From positions 1 to 61,799 of the forward strand of contig JAQUQQ010000001.1 in the NCBI GenBank assembly GCA_028716005.1: DNA of 61,799 nt, given 5' to 3'. A model generated the notes under the pieces. It searched no databases. It was not told the DNA's origin and saw nothing but the letters and a program-made list of their open reading frames with translations. The translations under genes and the position numbers were made by a program. Positions 8,610-17,800 of the stretch are shown piece by piece. The stretch is from Candidatus Moraniibacteriota bacterium. Lineage in GTDB: Bacteria > Patescibacteriota > Minisyncoccia > Moranbacterales > UBA11712. Within the stretch, counting starts at the first letter, position 1, and every line of letters starts with the position of its first letter.

Positions 8610-10175
8610 ATGCTCAATCCACTCGTAGAAAAGAAAATTGAAAATTTCTCTGGACTCTCCGACCAAGAATGTGCCGCCATTGTCCAAAATTATCTGCTGG
8701 AAACTCTTGATAGCGAAACAAATTTTGAGTGGGAACTCCTGACAAAGTTCATTGAGAAACCATATGAACTCCGAGAACCGCTCTGCACTCTTTTCAATTC
8801 CGCCGTTAGGCATAATCAGCAGATTCTTGGCGAAAGGTCTGTCTCCGAATGGATTGACATCTATCGAGTGACATACAATGAGCGGGAGAGAGGCCCGGGC
8901 ACATTTTTTGAATTTGTCTCCGGCAGCAACAGCGCGAAACTATTGTCGCAAAAAGAACAAGTCAAGCTGATGAGAATTTTGCGAATTTTTGATTATCTTT
9001 TTATCGAACCATTCTTTGACGTCGAGGAAGGGCCGGCAGCCGAGTTTATGCGACATATTATTTATCCCTCAACAACGCCGAATGAGATTCTTTCTTGGAT
9101 TCCCGAAATCTCTGGTTCAGCTCCTGGGCCAAGCAAAAAAAATGCCGCATTGCAGCTTAAGCAGGCTCTGCAAAAATTTCCCAAAATCGGCGAGCAGACA
9201 ATCACCTCGTCACCTTTGAATATCAAATCTTTCGACCGGCCCGTCCGCCCATCGATCAAAAATTGGCTCTACGATTACACTTCTGTTTTCGGACAAGGAG
9301 CCCACGATTCGATGCAAAGAACCAATTATCTTTTCCGATCGGAAAACGCGAAGAATCTTTCCTCGACTGAACGGGAAAAATTGGGTATAATATTGAAGTC
9401 ATTCGACGAAAACACGCCGCTTCCAATTGACACAAAGAACAATGAAGTAGTGTTTGAGGTTCGCGAAACGTATAACGTAGAACCTGCCCCCCGCATTGCT
9501 GCGCAAAGCGCTGCAGGCGGGCGTAGAACGCAAAGCCCCACTCGAAGTCCGGAAAAGGAGACATTTATCAGGCCTTATCCGCAGTCCGTGGCAAAGCCGA
9601 CAGCGCCGCCTAACCCAGTTGAAAATAGTTTTGTCAGGCCGTATCCGCCCATATCCCGCCCTGCGGGAAATGTAGCCGATAGGTCCACTGCCACAGAAAA
9701 ACCTCCAGTTCCGCCACAACCAGCCCCCAAACAAATGCCAGATCCCGCATTATCCAAAGCTCGGCTTTTCCCTTCCCCGACAAGTCGGGGAATTCCTCAA
9801 AGCCAAGCTTTTCCGGATACTGAAAAGATACAGTTCGTGAATCCTTATCCCAAGCCAGGAACTCACGAAGTGATAGATTCCCGCCCGGAAATGGCCGGTG
9901 AAGCACCGGTGAAGCTCAAGGGATTTTCGGAGGGCGCTCCGAAGGACAATCAAGGTTCGGCTCCTCCCGTATTATCCAAAGCTCGGCTTTTTCCTTCCGG
10001 CAAGCAAGTTGCCGGAATTCCTCAAAGCCAAGCTTTAGCTCCTCCCGAACCGCCAAAGCCCTACGCCCCCAGCCGTCCCAAAAATGTCATCTATCCCCAC
10101 TACGGAGCGGGAAGAGAAAACCAGCCGGAACCGAAGATTGACGGAAACGTTGTTGATCTATCTGGAGAGAAATAA
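8610..10175 (+). CDS. hypothetical protein with Pro-rich repetitive C-terminal half
   Basis: 521 aa. Internal repeats LSKARLFPS..GIPQSQA (x2) and F(I/V)(R/N)PYP (x3). Confidence 0.5.
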   Translation: MLNPLVEKKIENFSGLSDQECAAIVQNYLLETLDSETNFEWELLTKFIEKPYELREPLCTLFNSAVRHNQQILGERSVSEWIDIYRVTYNERERGPGTFFEFVSGSNSAKLLSQKEQVKLMRILRIFDYLFIEPFFDVEEGPAAEFMRHIIYPSTTPNEILSWIPEISGSAPGPSKKNAALQLKQALQKFPKIGEQTITSSPLNIKSFDRPVRPSIKNWLYDYTSVFGQGAHDSMQRTNYLFRSENAKNLSSTEREKLGIILKSFDENTPLPIDTKNNEVVFEVRETYNVEPAPRIAAQSAAGGRRTQSPTRSPEKETFIRPYPQSVAKPTAPPNPVENSFVRPYPPISRPAGNVADRSTATEKPPVPPQPAPKQMPDPALSKARLFPSPTSRGIPQSQAFPDTEKIQFVNPYPKPGTHEVIDSRPEMAGEAPVKLKGFSEGAPKDNQGSAPPVLSKARLFPSGKQVAGIPQSQALAPPEPPKPYAPSRPKNVIYPHYGAGRENQPEPKIDGNVVDLSGEK

Positions 10176-10178
10176 AGC

Positions 10179-10258
10179 ACTCGCTAATCGGAGCGAATTA
10201 CAGCTAATTTGAGCGAATTCGCACTCATTCGCTTTCTATTAGCTCCACATTCGCGAGT
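10179..10258. repeat. ACTCGCGAAT-family palindromic element, compact copy A
   Basis: actcgctaat..gagcgaattcgcactc..cattcgcgagt. Arms made of CGAAT/CTAAT units about 10 nt apart. Lies between the stop at 10175 and the ATG at 10266. Confidence 0.75.
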
Positions 10259-10265
10259 CAATATT

Positions 10266-10682
10266 ATGCACGCCAATGTCCCCCAATTTATAGAAATGGA
10301 AGACAAGATCGCTTTCGGGCTCACCTCGAAGCAGCTTTTGTGGATGGGCGGAATGGCCGCCTGTCTCATCGTCCTCTACGGACTCGTTGACCGCCAGATT
10401 TTCCTCTTTGTCGCCATTTTTATCGTTATTATTTTCGGGACTTTTACTTTCTACCGCCCGCAGGGAATACCCTTTATATCTTTTTTCGGTTTTATGGTTC
10501 AGTATTTCACCAGTCCCAAAAAATATATCTGGAGAAGAGTATACGATACAAAGGAATCAGCCTTTTCCAAATCCCTCCAGGAAGCCCAAAAGAAAAGAAC
10601 GGGATCTGCGACGCAGATAAAAAGGATCCCCAGCCAAAGCCAGCTGAAAAGGATTGCATGGGTATTGGATACTAAAAAGTAA
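10266..10682 (+). CDS. PrgI/VirB3-like small membrane protein
   Basis: MHANVPQFIEMEDKIAFGLTSKQLLWMGGMAACLIVLYGLV.. followed by a second TM segment, just upstream of VirB4. This is typical of PrgI-family proteins in Gram-positive-type T4SS. The track ORF starts at 10209 inside the repeat; ATG 10266 is preferred. Confidence 0.55.
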   Translation: MHANVPQFIEMEDKIAFGLTSKQLLWMGGMAACLIVLYGLVDRQIFLFVAIFIVIIFGTFTFYRPQGIPFISFFGFMVQYFTSPKKYIWRRVYDTKESAFSKSLQEAQKKRTGSATQIKRIPSQSQLKRIAWVLDTKK

Positions 10683-10684
10683 TA

Positions 10685-10789
10685 ACTCGCGAATTAAAGA
10701 ACGAATGGAAAGCGAATGCGAACGAACTTGCTGACACGGAAAAAATCATTCGCTCTAATTCGTTTCTAATTCGCTCCTCATTCGTGAGT
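10685..10789. repeat. ACTCGCGAAT-family palindromic element, copy B (105 bp)
   Basis: actcgcgaattaaagaacgaatggaaagcgaatgcgaacgaa..loop..ttcgctctaattcgtttctaattcgctcctcattcgtgagt. Starts 2 nt after a stop and ends 7 nt before the next ATG. Confidence 0.85.
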
Positions 10790-10796
10790 TGCTATC

Positions 10797-11492
10797 ATGG
10801 AAAGCTTACATTCCAAAAATTTAACCAAAAACGAAGCACTGGGAAAAGCAGCCCAGGAATTTGTTGATATCGCTGAAATCAAAGACGGCGTGGTCATCCT
10901 CAAAAATAACTCCCTTCGGGCAGTGCTTATGGTGTCTTCCATAAACTTCGATCTGAAATCCACCCAGGAGCAGGAAGCGATCGTCTCCGCCTATCAGGGA
11001 TTTTTGAATTCTCTCGATTTCCCGCTTCAAATTATCATCAGCACCAGAAAACTCGACATCAACCCCTATCTTGAACTGCTCACCGAAAAGGAACACACCC
11101 AAGCCAACGATCTGCTTCGCTTTCAGATCAGCGAATATCACGCTTTCATCAAAAATCTGGTCAACACTTCAAACATCATGGCCAAAAATTTCTATATTGT
11201 CGTTCCCTTCGCCCTGACGGAAGCAAAAAAAGGCGGATTTTTGGAAAAATTGAAGATTGCCCTCAATCCCAAGCAGGCCCAGGTTGAGCGGGAAATGGAA
11301 TTTGAAAACTACAAGAGCCAGCTTTGGCAGAGAGTGGACCACATTGTCGCCGGACTTTCCGGAACCGGGATAAAAATCGCCCCGCTTGGGACAGAAGAAC
11401 TAGTCGAGCTCTATTACAACGCCTATAACCCGAAAGTGACCGAATCGGCGGAAAAAATAGAAGCGGAGAAGCTGGATATCAATAGAATTTAA
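10797..11492 (+). CDS. cytoplasmic T4SS-associated protein, possibly VirB4 N-terminal-domain-like
   Basis: 231 aa. ..VDIAEIKDGVVILKNNSLRAVLMVSSINFDLKSTQEQEAIVSAYQGFLNSLDFPLQIII.. has the same pattern as the N-terminus of the adjacent VirB4 (..ITDLIAPSALDIGSNFIQVGETFAKTIFVTTYP..). Flanked by repeat copies B and C. Confidence 0.4.
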   Translation: MESLHSKNLTKNEALGKAAQEFVDIAEIKDGVVILKNNSLRAVLMVSSINFDLKSTQEQEAIVSAYQGFLNSLDFPLQIIISTRKLDINPYLELLTEKEHTQANDLLRFQISEYHAFIKNLVNTSNIMAKNFYIVVPFALTEAKKGGFLEKLKIALNPKQAQVEREMEFENYKSQLWQRVDHIVAGLSGTGIKIAPLGTEELVELYYNAYNPKVTESAEKIEAEKLDINRI

Positions 11493-11493
11493 T

Positions 11494-11598
11494 ACTCGCG
11501 AATTAAAGAACGAATGGAAAGCGAATGCGCACGAACTTGCTGACACGGAATAAATTGTTCGCTCTCATTTGTTTCTAATTCGCTCCTCATTCGTGAGT
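11494..11598. repeat. ACTCGCGAAT-family palindromic element, copy C (105 bp, near-identical to B)
   Basis: Differs from copy B at only a handful of positions. Starts 1 nt after the stop at 11492 and ends 4 nt before the ATG at 11603. Confidence 0.85.
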
Positions 11599-11602
11599 TA
11601 TT

Positions 11603-13429
11603 ATGTTAGATTTTCTCAAAACAAAAAAGGAGGAGGAAAAAAAACCGGCGGAGCTTTTCGCCGAGGGCGCCGACGCGGAAAAAATCTTCCGCGAAGGTCT
11701 CGCCACCATCACCGACCTCATCGCGCCGTCGGCTCTTGATATTGGCTCAAATTTCATCCAGGTCGGCGAGACATTCGCCAAAACTATTTTCGTCACCACC
11801 TATCCGAGATATCTCCACACAGCCTGGTTCTCTCCGATTATCAACCTCGATGTCCCGATGGATATCTCCATGTCCATTTACCCGGTGGAAAGCGCCAATG
11901 TGATGAAAAGCCTGCGCCGCCGGATCACCCAGGTCGAATCGGAAATTCACCTTGAGGCCGAAGCCGGCAAAGTCCGCGACCCGGCCCTTGAAACAGCCCT
12001 CCAGGACATTGAACAACTGCGAGACCAGCTCCAGCAGGGAACCGAGCGCTTTTTCCGGTTCGGGCTCTATCTCACGATATATGGAGGAAGCAAAGAGGAG
12101 GTGGAAAAATCGGCCCAATTCATCGAATCCCTTTTGGAATCAAGGCTGACTTACGTCAAGGAAGCTGTTTTCCGTTCCGAGCAGGGATTTTCTTCCACCT
12201 TGCCGCTCGGGAACGACGAGCTGAACGTGAACAACAACATGAACAGCCAGCCGCTTTCGACCACTTTCCCTTTCGTCTCTTCGGACCTCTCCTCCTCAAC
12301 TGGCGTTCTCTACGGCATCAACCGGCACAACAACAGCCTGGTTCTTTTTGATCGGTTTGAAATGGAAAACGCCAATATGGTCATTTTCGCCAAGTCCGGC
12401 GCGGGGAAAAGCTACGCCGTGAAACTTGAGATTCTTCGTTCTCTCATGTTCGGAACAGACGTGATTGTGCTTGACCCGGAAAATGAATACCAATTTCTTT
12501 GCGAGGCCGTCGGGGGAAGTTTCGTGAATATTTCCCTCACTTCCAACTATCATCTCAATCCTTTCGACCTTCCCAATATCGGGGAGGATGAAGACTTGAA
12601 AGACATTCTTCGGAGCAATATCGCGAGCCTCTTGGGACTTCTGCACATCATGCTCGGGAACATCACGCCCGAAGAAGATTCCATCCTCGACCGGGCCATC
12701 AGTGAGACCTACGCCATAAAAGACATCTCTTTGGAAAGCACCGTGCGCATTTTCCCGAAAGACCAGGTTCCGACAATGTCCGATCTCTATGAAGTGCTCC
12801 GGAATATGGAAGGCGGGGAAGATCTCGCCACGCGCCTTGAAAAATATACCCAGGGAATTTTTTCCGGATTCCTCAATAGCCCAAGCAATATCAGCCTTGA
12901 AAACCAGATGGTTGTTTTCAATATCCGCGATATGGAAGAGGAGCTGCGGCCGGTGGCCATGTATGTCGTCTTGCATTTCATCTGGAACGAAATCCGCTCG
13001 AAGCTCAAAAAAAGGATGATTGTCGTTGACGAAGCCTGGGTGATGATGCAGCACGAGGACGCCGGATCTTTCATGTTTTCGATCGCCAAGCGCTGCCGCA
13101 AGTATTTCGCCGGCCTCACGACCATCACCCAGGACATTTCCGACTTTTTGGCCTCGCGCTATGGAAAGCCGATTGTCACCAATTCTTCGATTCAGCTCCT
13201 TCTCAAGCAGTCCCCGGCGGCAATCGATATCATTGGCGACACTTTTTATCTCACCGACCAGGAAAAATTCATGCTGCTTGAGTGTGGCGTTGGAGAAGGG
13301 ATATTTTTTGCCGGAACGAAACATGTGGCGATCCAGGTTGTGGCTTCCTACTCCGAAGATCAATTGGTGACAACAAACCCGGAGCAGATTTTGAGAAGGA
13401 AAGAGGAAGCAGCGGAAAAAGCGAATTGA
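11603..13429 (+). CDS. virB4: VirB4/TrbE/PrgJ-type type IV secretion ATPase
   Basis: 608 aa. Walker A FAKSGAGKSYAVK, DPENEY, Walker B MIVVDEAWVMM, then ..TTITQDISDF... Confidence 0.85.
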   Translation: MLDFLKTKKEEEKKPAELFAEGADAEKIFREGLATITDLIAPSALDIGSNFIQVGETFAKTIFVTTYPRYLHTAWFSPIINLDVPMDISMSIYPVESANVMKSLRRRITQVESEIHLEAEAGKVRDPALETALQDIEQLRDQLQQGTERFFRFGLYLTIYGGSKEEVEKSAQFIESLLESRLTYVKEAVFRSEQGFSSTLPLGNDELNVNNNMNSQPLSTTFPFVSSDLSSSTGVLYGINRHNNSLVLFDRFEMENANMVIFAKSGAGKSYAVKLEILRSLMFGTDVIVLDPENEYQFLCEAVGGSFVNISLTSNYHLNPFDLPNIGEDEDLKDILRSNIASLLGLLHIMLGNITPEEDSILDRAISETYAIKDISLESTVRIFPKDQVPTMSDLYEVLRNMEGGEDLATRLEKYTQGIFSGFLNSPSNISLENQMVVFNIRDMEEELRPVAMYVVLHFIWNEIRSKLKKRMIVVDEAWVMMQHEDAGSFMFSIAKRCRKYFAGLTTITQDISDFLASRYGKPIVTNSSIQLLLKQSPAAIDIIGDTFYLTDQEKFMLLECGVGEGIFFAGTKHVAIQVVASYSEDQLVTTNPEQILRRKEEAAEKAN

Positions 13430-13452
13430 TTTATTGTTATTTTATTTTGATC

Positions 13453-14094
13453 ATGAGCGCGGCTCCAGCGACAACAGCCAATTCGAAGGGAAATGCCGGC
13501 AATTCTGGCACAAATCCCGCCCACGGGGGAAATTATGTCTCTCCCCGAGATCAGTCTGATGTCGGAAATATGCTAAACCGGCAAAGGCGGCAAGAAAACG
13601 GCGATGGACCCGGCCAGGGAAAAGCTGATTCTCCCAACCTCCAAAATCTGGCCAAAACAGCCGCCGCAAGCCCTCAATCGGCCGCGCGGCAAGCTGCCGA
13701 ATTGGTCTTGAGTATGTTTCGACAAATTGAGCCGACCAAAGACTGGCCTTATCTATTCATGACTTTGCCTTTTTCCCTGCTAAAAGATTTGCTCGATCTC
13801 GGTTGCGCCGGTCTTGATGCGACTGTTCCGGGGCTGGGAACCGTCGTCCTTTTCATTCTCTCATTGATGCTTACGATTCTCACAATTATCAGCCTTATCC
13901 TTATCGGGGAAAAACTTTCATCGAGAAAAAGCGGGAAATATTTCGCCGGATTAGGGATTGAATTTGTTTCAGAAGCTCTCCCTGGTCTCGGCTGGCTGCC
14001 TCTTGCTTTTTTTGAGACTGCCGCGATCTATTCTTTTGTCCTTTACGACCGCGCCACAGCTCCCGAACCCCAGAGCGAAGAAGCTACGGCGTAA
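13453..14094 (+). CDS. membrane protein, hypothetical
   Basis: Start taken at MSAAPATT (ATG 13453), because the upstream part of the track ORF overlaps virB4. Hydrophilic N-terminal half, then 3-4 TM segments with PGLG motifs. Confidence 0.45.
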   Translation: MSAAPATTANSKGNAGNSGTNPAHGGNYVSPRDQSDVGNMLNRQRRQENGDGPGQGKADSPNLQNLAKTAAASPQSAARQAAELVLSMFRQIEPTKDWPYLFMTLPFSLLKDLLDLGCAGLDATVPGLGTVVLFILSLMLTILTIISLILIGEKLSSRKSGKYFAGLGIEFVSEALPGLGWLPLAFFETAAIYSFVLYDRATAPEPQSEEATA

Positions 14095-14136
14095 TCGAAG
14101 CGGAAAAAACCTAAACAACCCCGTTCTGAAAACAAA

Positions 14137-14817
14137 ATGGCTATAAATCTCAAAAAAATATCCCCAAAGACTCCTTTCCCGAAAAAGCATCGGCGTGAAA
14201 TTCTGATCGGTTTTTGCGCCCTGCTTGTCCTTCTCGTCAGATTTATTTTCCCGGCGAATTTGAGCGGCGAAGTTTTTTGGATGGTTCTGGCTTTGTTTTT
14301 TGTTTTTCCTTTCCTCATTGTCAGTTTTGTGATCAAAGAAAGTCCGCGAAATTTTGGATTGCAGGCTGGAAACGTCAAGCAAGGGATTATTTTTTCTGTG
14401 ATTCTTCTTCTTGTTCTCGCGGCCGCCGGCTATTTCATCGTTTCGAAAACCCCCTGGCGCAACCAGCTTCTTGTTCCCTCCGGCATCGCCCAAAATTTTT
14501 GGTATTTTTTGTGGTTCGAGCTCATTATCGCTCTGCCTCTCCATTTTTTCTGGGAATTTTTCTTCCGGGGATTTATTCAGCTGGGACTCGAAAAAAAACT
14601 GGGGATATTTTCCCTTTTTCTCCAGGGGATTCTCCAAACCGCGCTCGCTCTCAAGGGACCTCGTCCCATGATTTTCCTTGTTCTGGGCTCGTCCCTTCTC
14701 TCCGGTTTTGTTGTCTGGAAAAGCCGATCGATATATTATTCCGCCGCGGCTATGTGGCTTGTTTCTCTGGGCTTGGATATAATACTCATAAGATACATAA
14801 ACTTTGGAGGCCTCTAA
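14137..14817 (+). CDS. CPBP/CAAX-type intramembrane protease-like membrane protein
   Basis: 226 aa and polytopic. WEFFFRGF resembles CPBP motif 1 (EExxxR). The downstream His motif is not evident. Confidence 0.4.
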   Translation: MAINLKKISPKTPFPKKHRREILIGFCALLVLLVRFIFPANLSGEVFWMVLALFFVFPFLIVSFVIKESPRNFGLQAGNVKQGIIFSVILLLVLAAAGYFIVSKTPWRNQLLVPSGIAQNFWYFLWFELIIALPLHFFWEFFFRGFIQLGLEKKLGIFSLFLQGILQTALALKGPRPMIFLVLGSSLLSGFVVWKSRSIYYSAAAMWLVSLGLDIILIRYINFGGL

Positions 14818-14828
14818 GCGCTAAATAT

Positions 14829-17800
14829 ATGAAAACAAAGAGAAACAAAAAATTATTTTCCGCGACCACGCTATTTATTTTTCTTTTTTTGAATTTTGTT
14901 TCGTTCAGCCCCAAAGAGGCCGAGGCTTTCTCTTGCTCTTTTGGCGTCGGCGCCAGCTGCACTGTAGACGTGGCCCAGGAAACAAACACCGCCCTGAACC
15001 AGGTTCTGACCCGCACGGGGGACATCACGGGAAGTTTTATGGGTTCTTCCGAAGAAAGATACGGCCTCACAAAAAATATCTGGCGAACGGCCCAGAACAA
15101 ATCCAGCGCTCCCAAGGCGGAAATCTTTTTTGATAACACCAACCCAAAGGCCGGCGAAAAGGTGACGGCCCACGCTATGCCGGAATTTTTCAAAAATGAT
15201 CCGCAGAATCTCTATTATACCTGGTATCTGATCCATACATCGAATGGCACTCCCCAAACCGCCACCAATTCCATTGAATCGGGGAAAAAAGAAGCCGCGA
15301 GAATTATGGCCCGGGGAGATTATGACCCCAACCTCGACGGACAATACTACACTTCAAGCGCCAGCAGCGACCCCGATCAAGACGGCTGGCCGGCAATTGA
15401 CAGCAGCTACGACGAAGACAAAACTGCGGCTCCAATGGGAGGTTCTGACGGAGTCGGAGGCCTGACAGAGGAAAGCGATAATATCGAATCCTACAACACA
15501 GCTGAGGGTTATTGCGACTCCAAGGGCGACCATACCGCAGACAGCTGCAATCTCAACACCGATAAAAGCAGTTTCAACAGCTACTACACCATGAAATCCG
15601 ACCAGTCAGGAGACTACTGCGCCTATTGCCAGGCAAATACCACTTTTTCCGCGACCTTGTCTTCGAACAACCAGTGCTGCTATCTTGTCACTTCTCCGGA
15701 TGATACCGACTATTCAGAATACAACAGCAGCGTGAGTTATTGCCCCAGCTCCTACAACGCAACCTATGAGGGCTGTTTCGACTACAGCACTCTCCAGTCC
15801 ACAAACACGAGTTTGATCACCAGCTGCCTTGACAGCCAGTATAGCGCTTGCGAAGAAAATTGGAATACTGTTCACGCGAGCAGCTCAATCGACAACTCCA
15901 CGGAAGCAAGAAGCTCTTCCGGCGACAGCGCGTCCTATTCAAGATGTTTCGAGCATAATTTTGGAACAAACGCCGACCCTCTCGGCTATCAGGGCTATTC
16001 CGGGTCTTCCGATGAATACGGAAGCGACCCGTCAGGAAAAGACTTTCGCGTGGCCTGCAAGCACAGATGGCCAAACGCGCCGGGCTATAAAAGCGGTTCC
16101 GGAAAATTTCCGACCGGCGAGGAAAAATACTGGAAAACCGACCCCACTGATCCTGATACGGACGGAGACGGCTTCAAAGACGAAGCTGACGTCATTGGGC
16201 TCGGCCAGCAAGACTTCACTTGGACATATCAGCCCGGCGACCGCGTCGGGGTCATGGTTGAGGGGACCTCGATGACACCCACTGACGAGCAAAACGCCTA
16301 CTACAAAATTATGTGGGGCTATCTCGATGTTTGCGACTCGACCAAAGCCAAGCTTTTGAAAAGTGACCTGTGCGACGACTCCGGCGATTATGGCTACGGC
16401 TTCATGGCGACTGAATCTCCCAACGAACAGGGCAGCGAACAACTGAAAATTTCTCTCTCTTTTTCTCCCGACAGCCCCGTGGCTGACCCCAGCGATGAAA
16501 ACAAAGACAATATCAGCGGCAGCGGAAGCATTCTCGACGCCGACCAGATTTCAGTCGCTTCTTCCCTCGACAATACCCAATTCGACCCCAACGTTCTCTA
16601 CTATAACTGGCAAATCCAAAGAGGCGACCCAAAAAATGATGACTGGGGCGACGCTTTGAATATCAACGACAACTTTGACACAGCTTCCAAGCCCTCCGGA
16701 ATGGGAATCACCGCCTTCAGCTTCACCCCCAAAAAGAAAGCGCTGACGTCTTCGAGCGACGACGTCGTGTATTTCAAAGTGACTGCCACCGTGGCCCAAG
16801 CCTCGGGCGTTGAGTCAAGCCGGGGAAGATCAAGCGTTATTGTCCCCATCAACAAAAACGGCGTCAAAGTAGATTTATACAAAGTCGACATCTCGGGCGG
16901 GAAAGCGACTCTGGGAGAAAAGATCTGCACCGAAGGCCTTTACGCCGCCCTTTGCCCGGCTGTCAAAGGCCAGATGCTCGCCGCCAAAATTTCAGGCAAT
17001 CGCTACAACACCACGAACAGCGAATTCGCCTGGCAAACCAACGGGAATCCTCTCAACCCGCCGACAAATGTTTCTGATTATTTCGATGGCTGGTCGAACA
17101 CGGCCGTATTTTTCCCGATTACGAAACAAGAGCAGCAGCTCGAAGAGGTTTCCGTCACCTTGACCCCCAAAGACAAACTCGAGCCGGTGAAATCCAGCCG
17201 GCTTGTCACCGTTGTCGAACCAGTGGCGCTTATCCGGTCGTCTGACGAAAGCACCGCCTGGCCGAAAACCATAACTGAAAAAATTGGATCGACGAAGGAT
17301 TCCTTTCAAAACGTGAGCAATCTCTCGATGCTCGAAACTTATCCCGGGTCAGAAGTTTCTCTTTATCTCGACTACGTGCCGTATTATCTTCTCAAGGACG
17401 ATGAAAACACCATCGTTGACTGGCAATTCGGAGGAATGAGCTTAAGCGACGAAAGCTTCAACGGAACATACGGCGATCTCAACGTTCTCACCACCGGAGG
17501 AAACGACTTGTCGTTCACCGCGCCCGCGAGCGTCGGCGCCTATCAGAACATCTCGGTCAATTTGAAAAAATACTGGTCCGAAGACGAGGCCAACATCATG
17601 TTCAACACCTGGGATATCGTCCCGCGCCCTCTCGAAAGCGATCGCTCCATGACCATCACCACTGCCACAGCGCCGGTGGATAACACGATCAGTTCAGCCA
17701 AACCAACCCAGCTCCTGGCCGCCATTGGAACTCATCTCCCGCATTATTTGATGTATAATCTGCGCCTGGCGCTCACTCTTCTGGTCATGCTTTTCGCGAG

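Noticed and set aside
12296-13363. 355-aa ORF antisense to virB4. Similar long antisense ORFs occur at 4181..4873, 22379..23197, 24543..25289, 26323..27177, 32463..33458, 37948..38886, 45339..46028, 51957..52562, 55658..56287 and 59161..59844.
   Set aside because: Each lies entirely opposite a gene with clear family motifs. Their translations are Arg/Gly/Phe-rich low-complexity sequence without motifs. They are typical shadow ORFs.
13282-13452. Upstream extension of ORF 13282..14094 into the virB4 3' end. The same applies to 27883..27999 upstream of dnaA, 10209..10265 upstream of prgI-like and 41764..41769 (TTG) upstream of ribE.
   Set aside because: The extensions overlap conserved genes or run through repeat or intergenic sequence. 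Canonical N-termini ([11 protein letters not shown] for DnaA, MFTGII for RibE) start at the internal ATGs.
14214-14828. 5' 615 nt of the 1212-aa track ORF, overlapping the CPBP-like gene.
   Set aside because: The out-of-frame overlap gives a Cys/Arg/Phe-rich translation. A proper signal peptide begins at ATG 14829, right after the CPBP stop.
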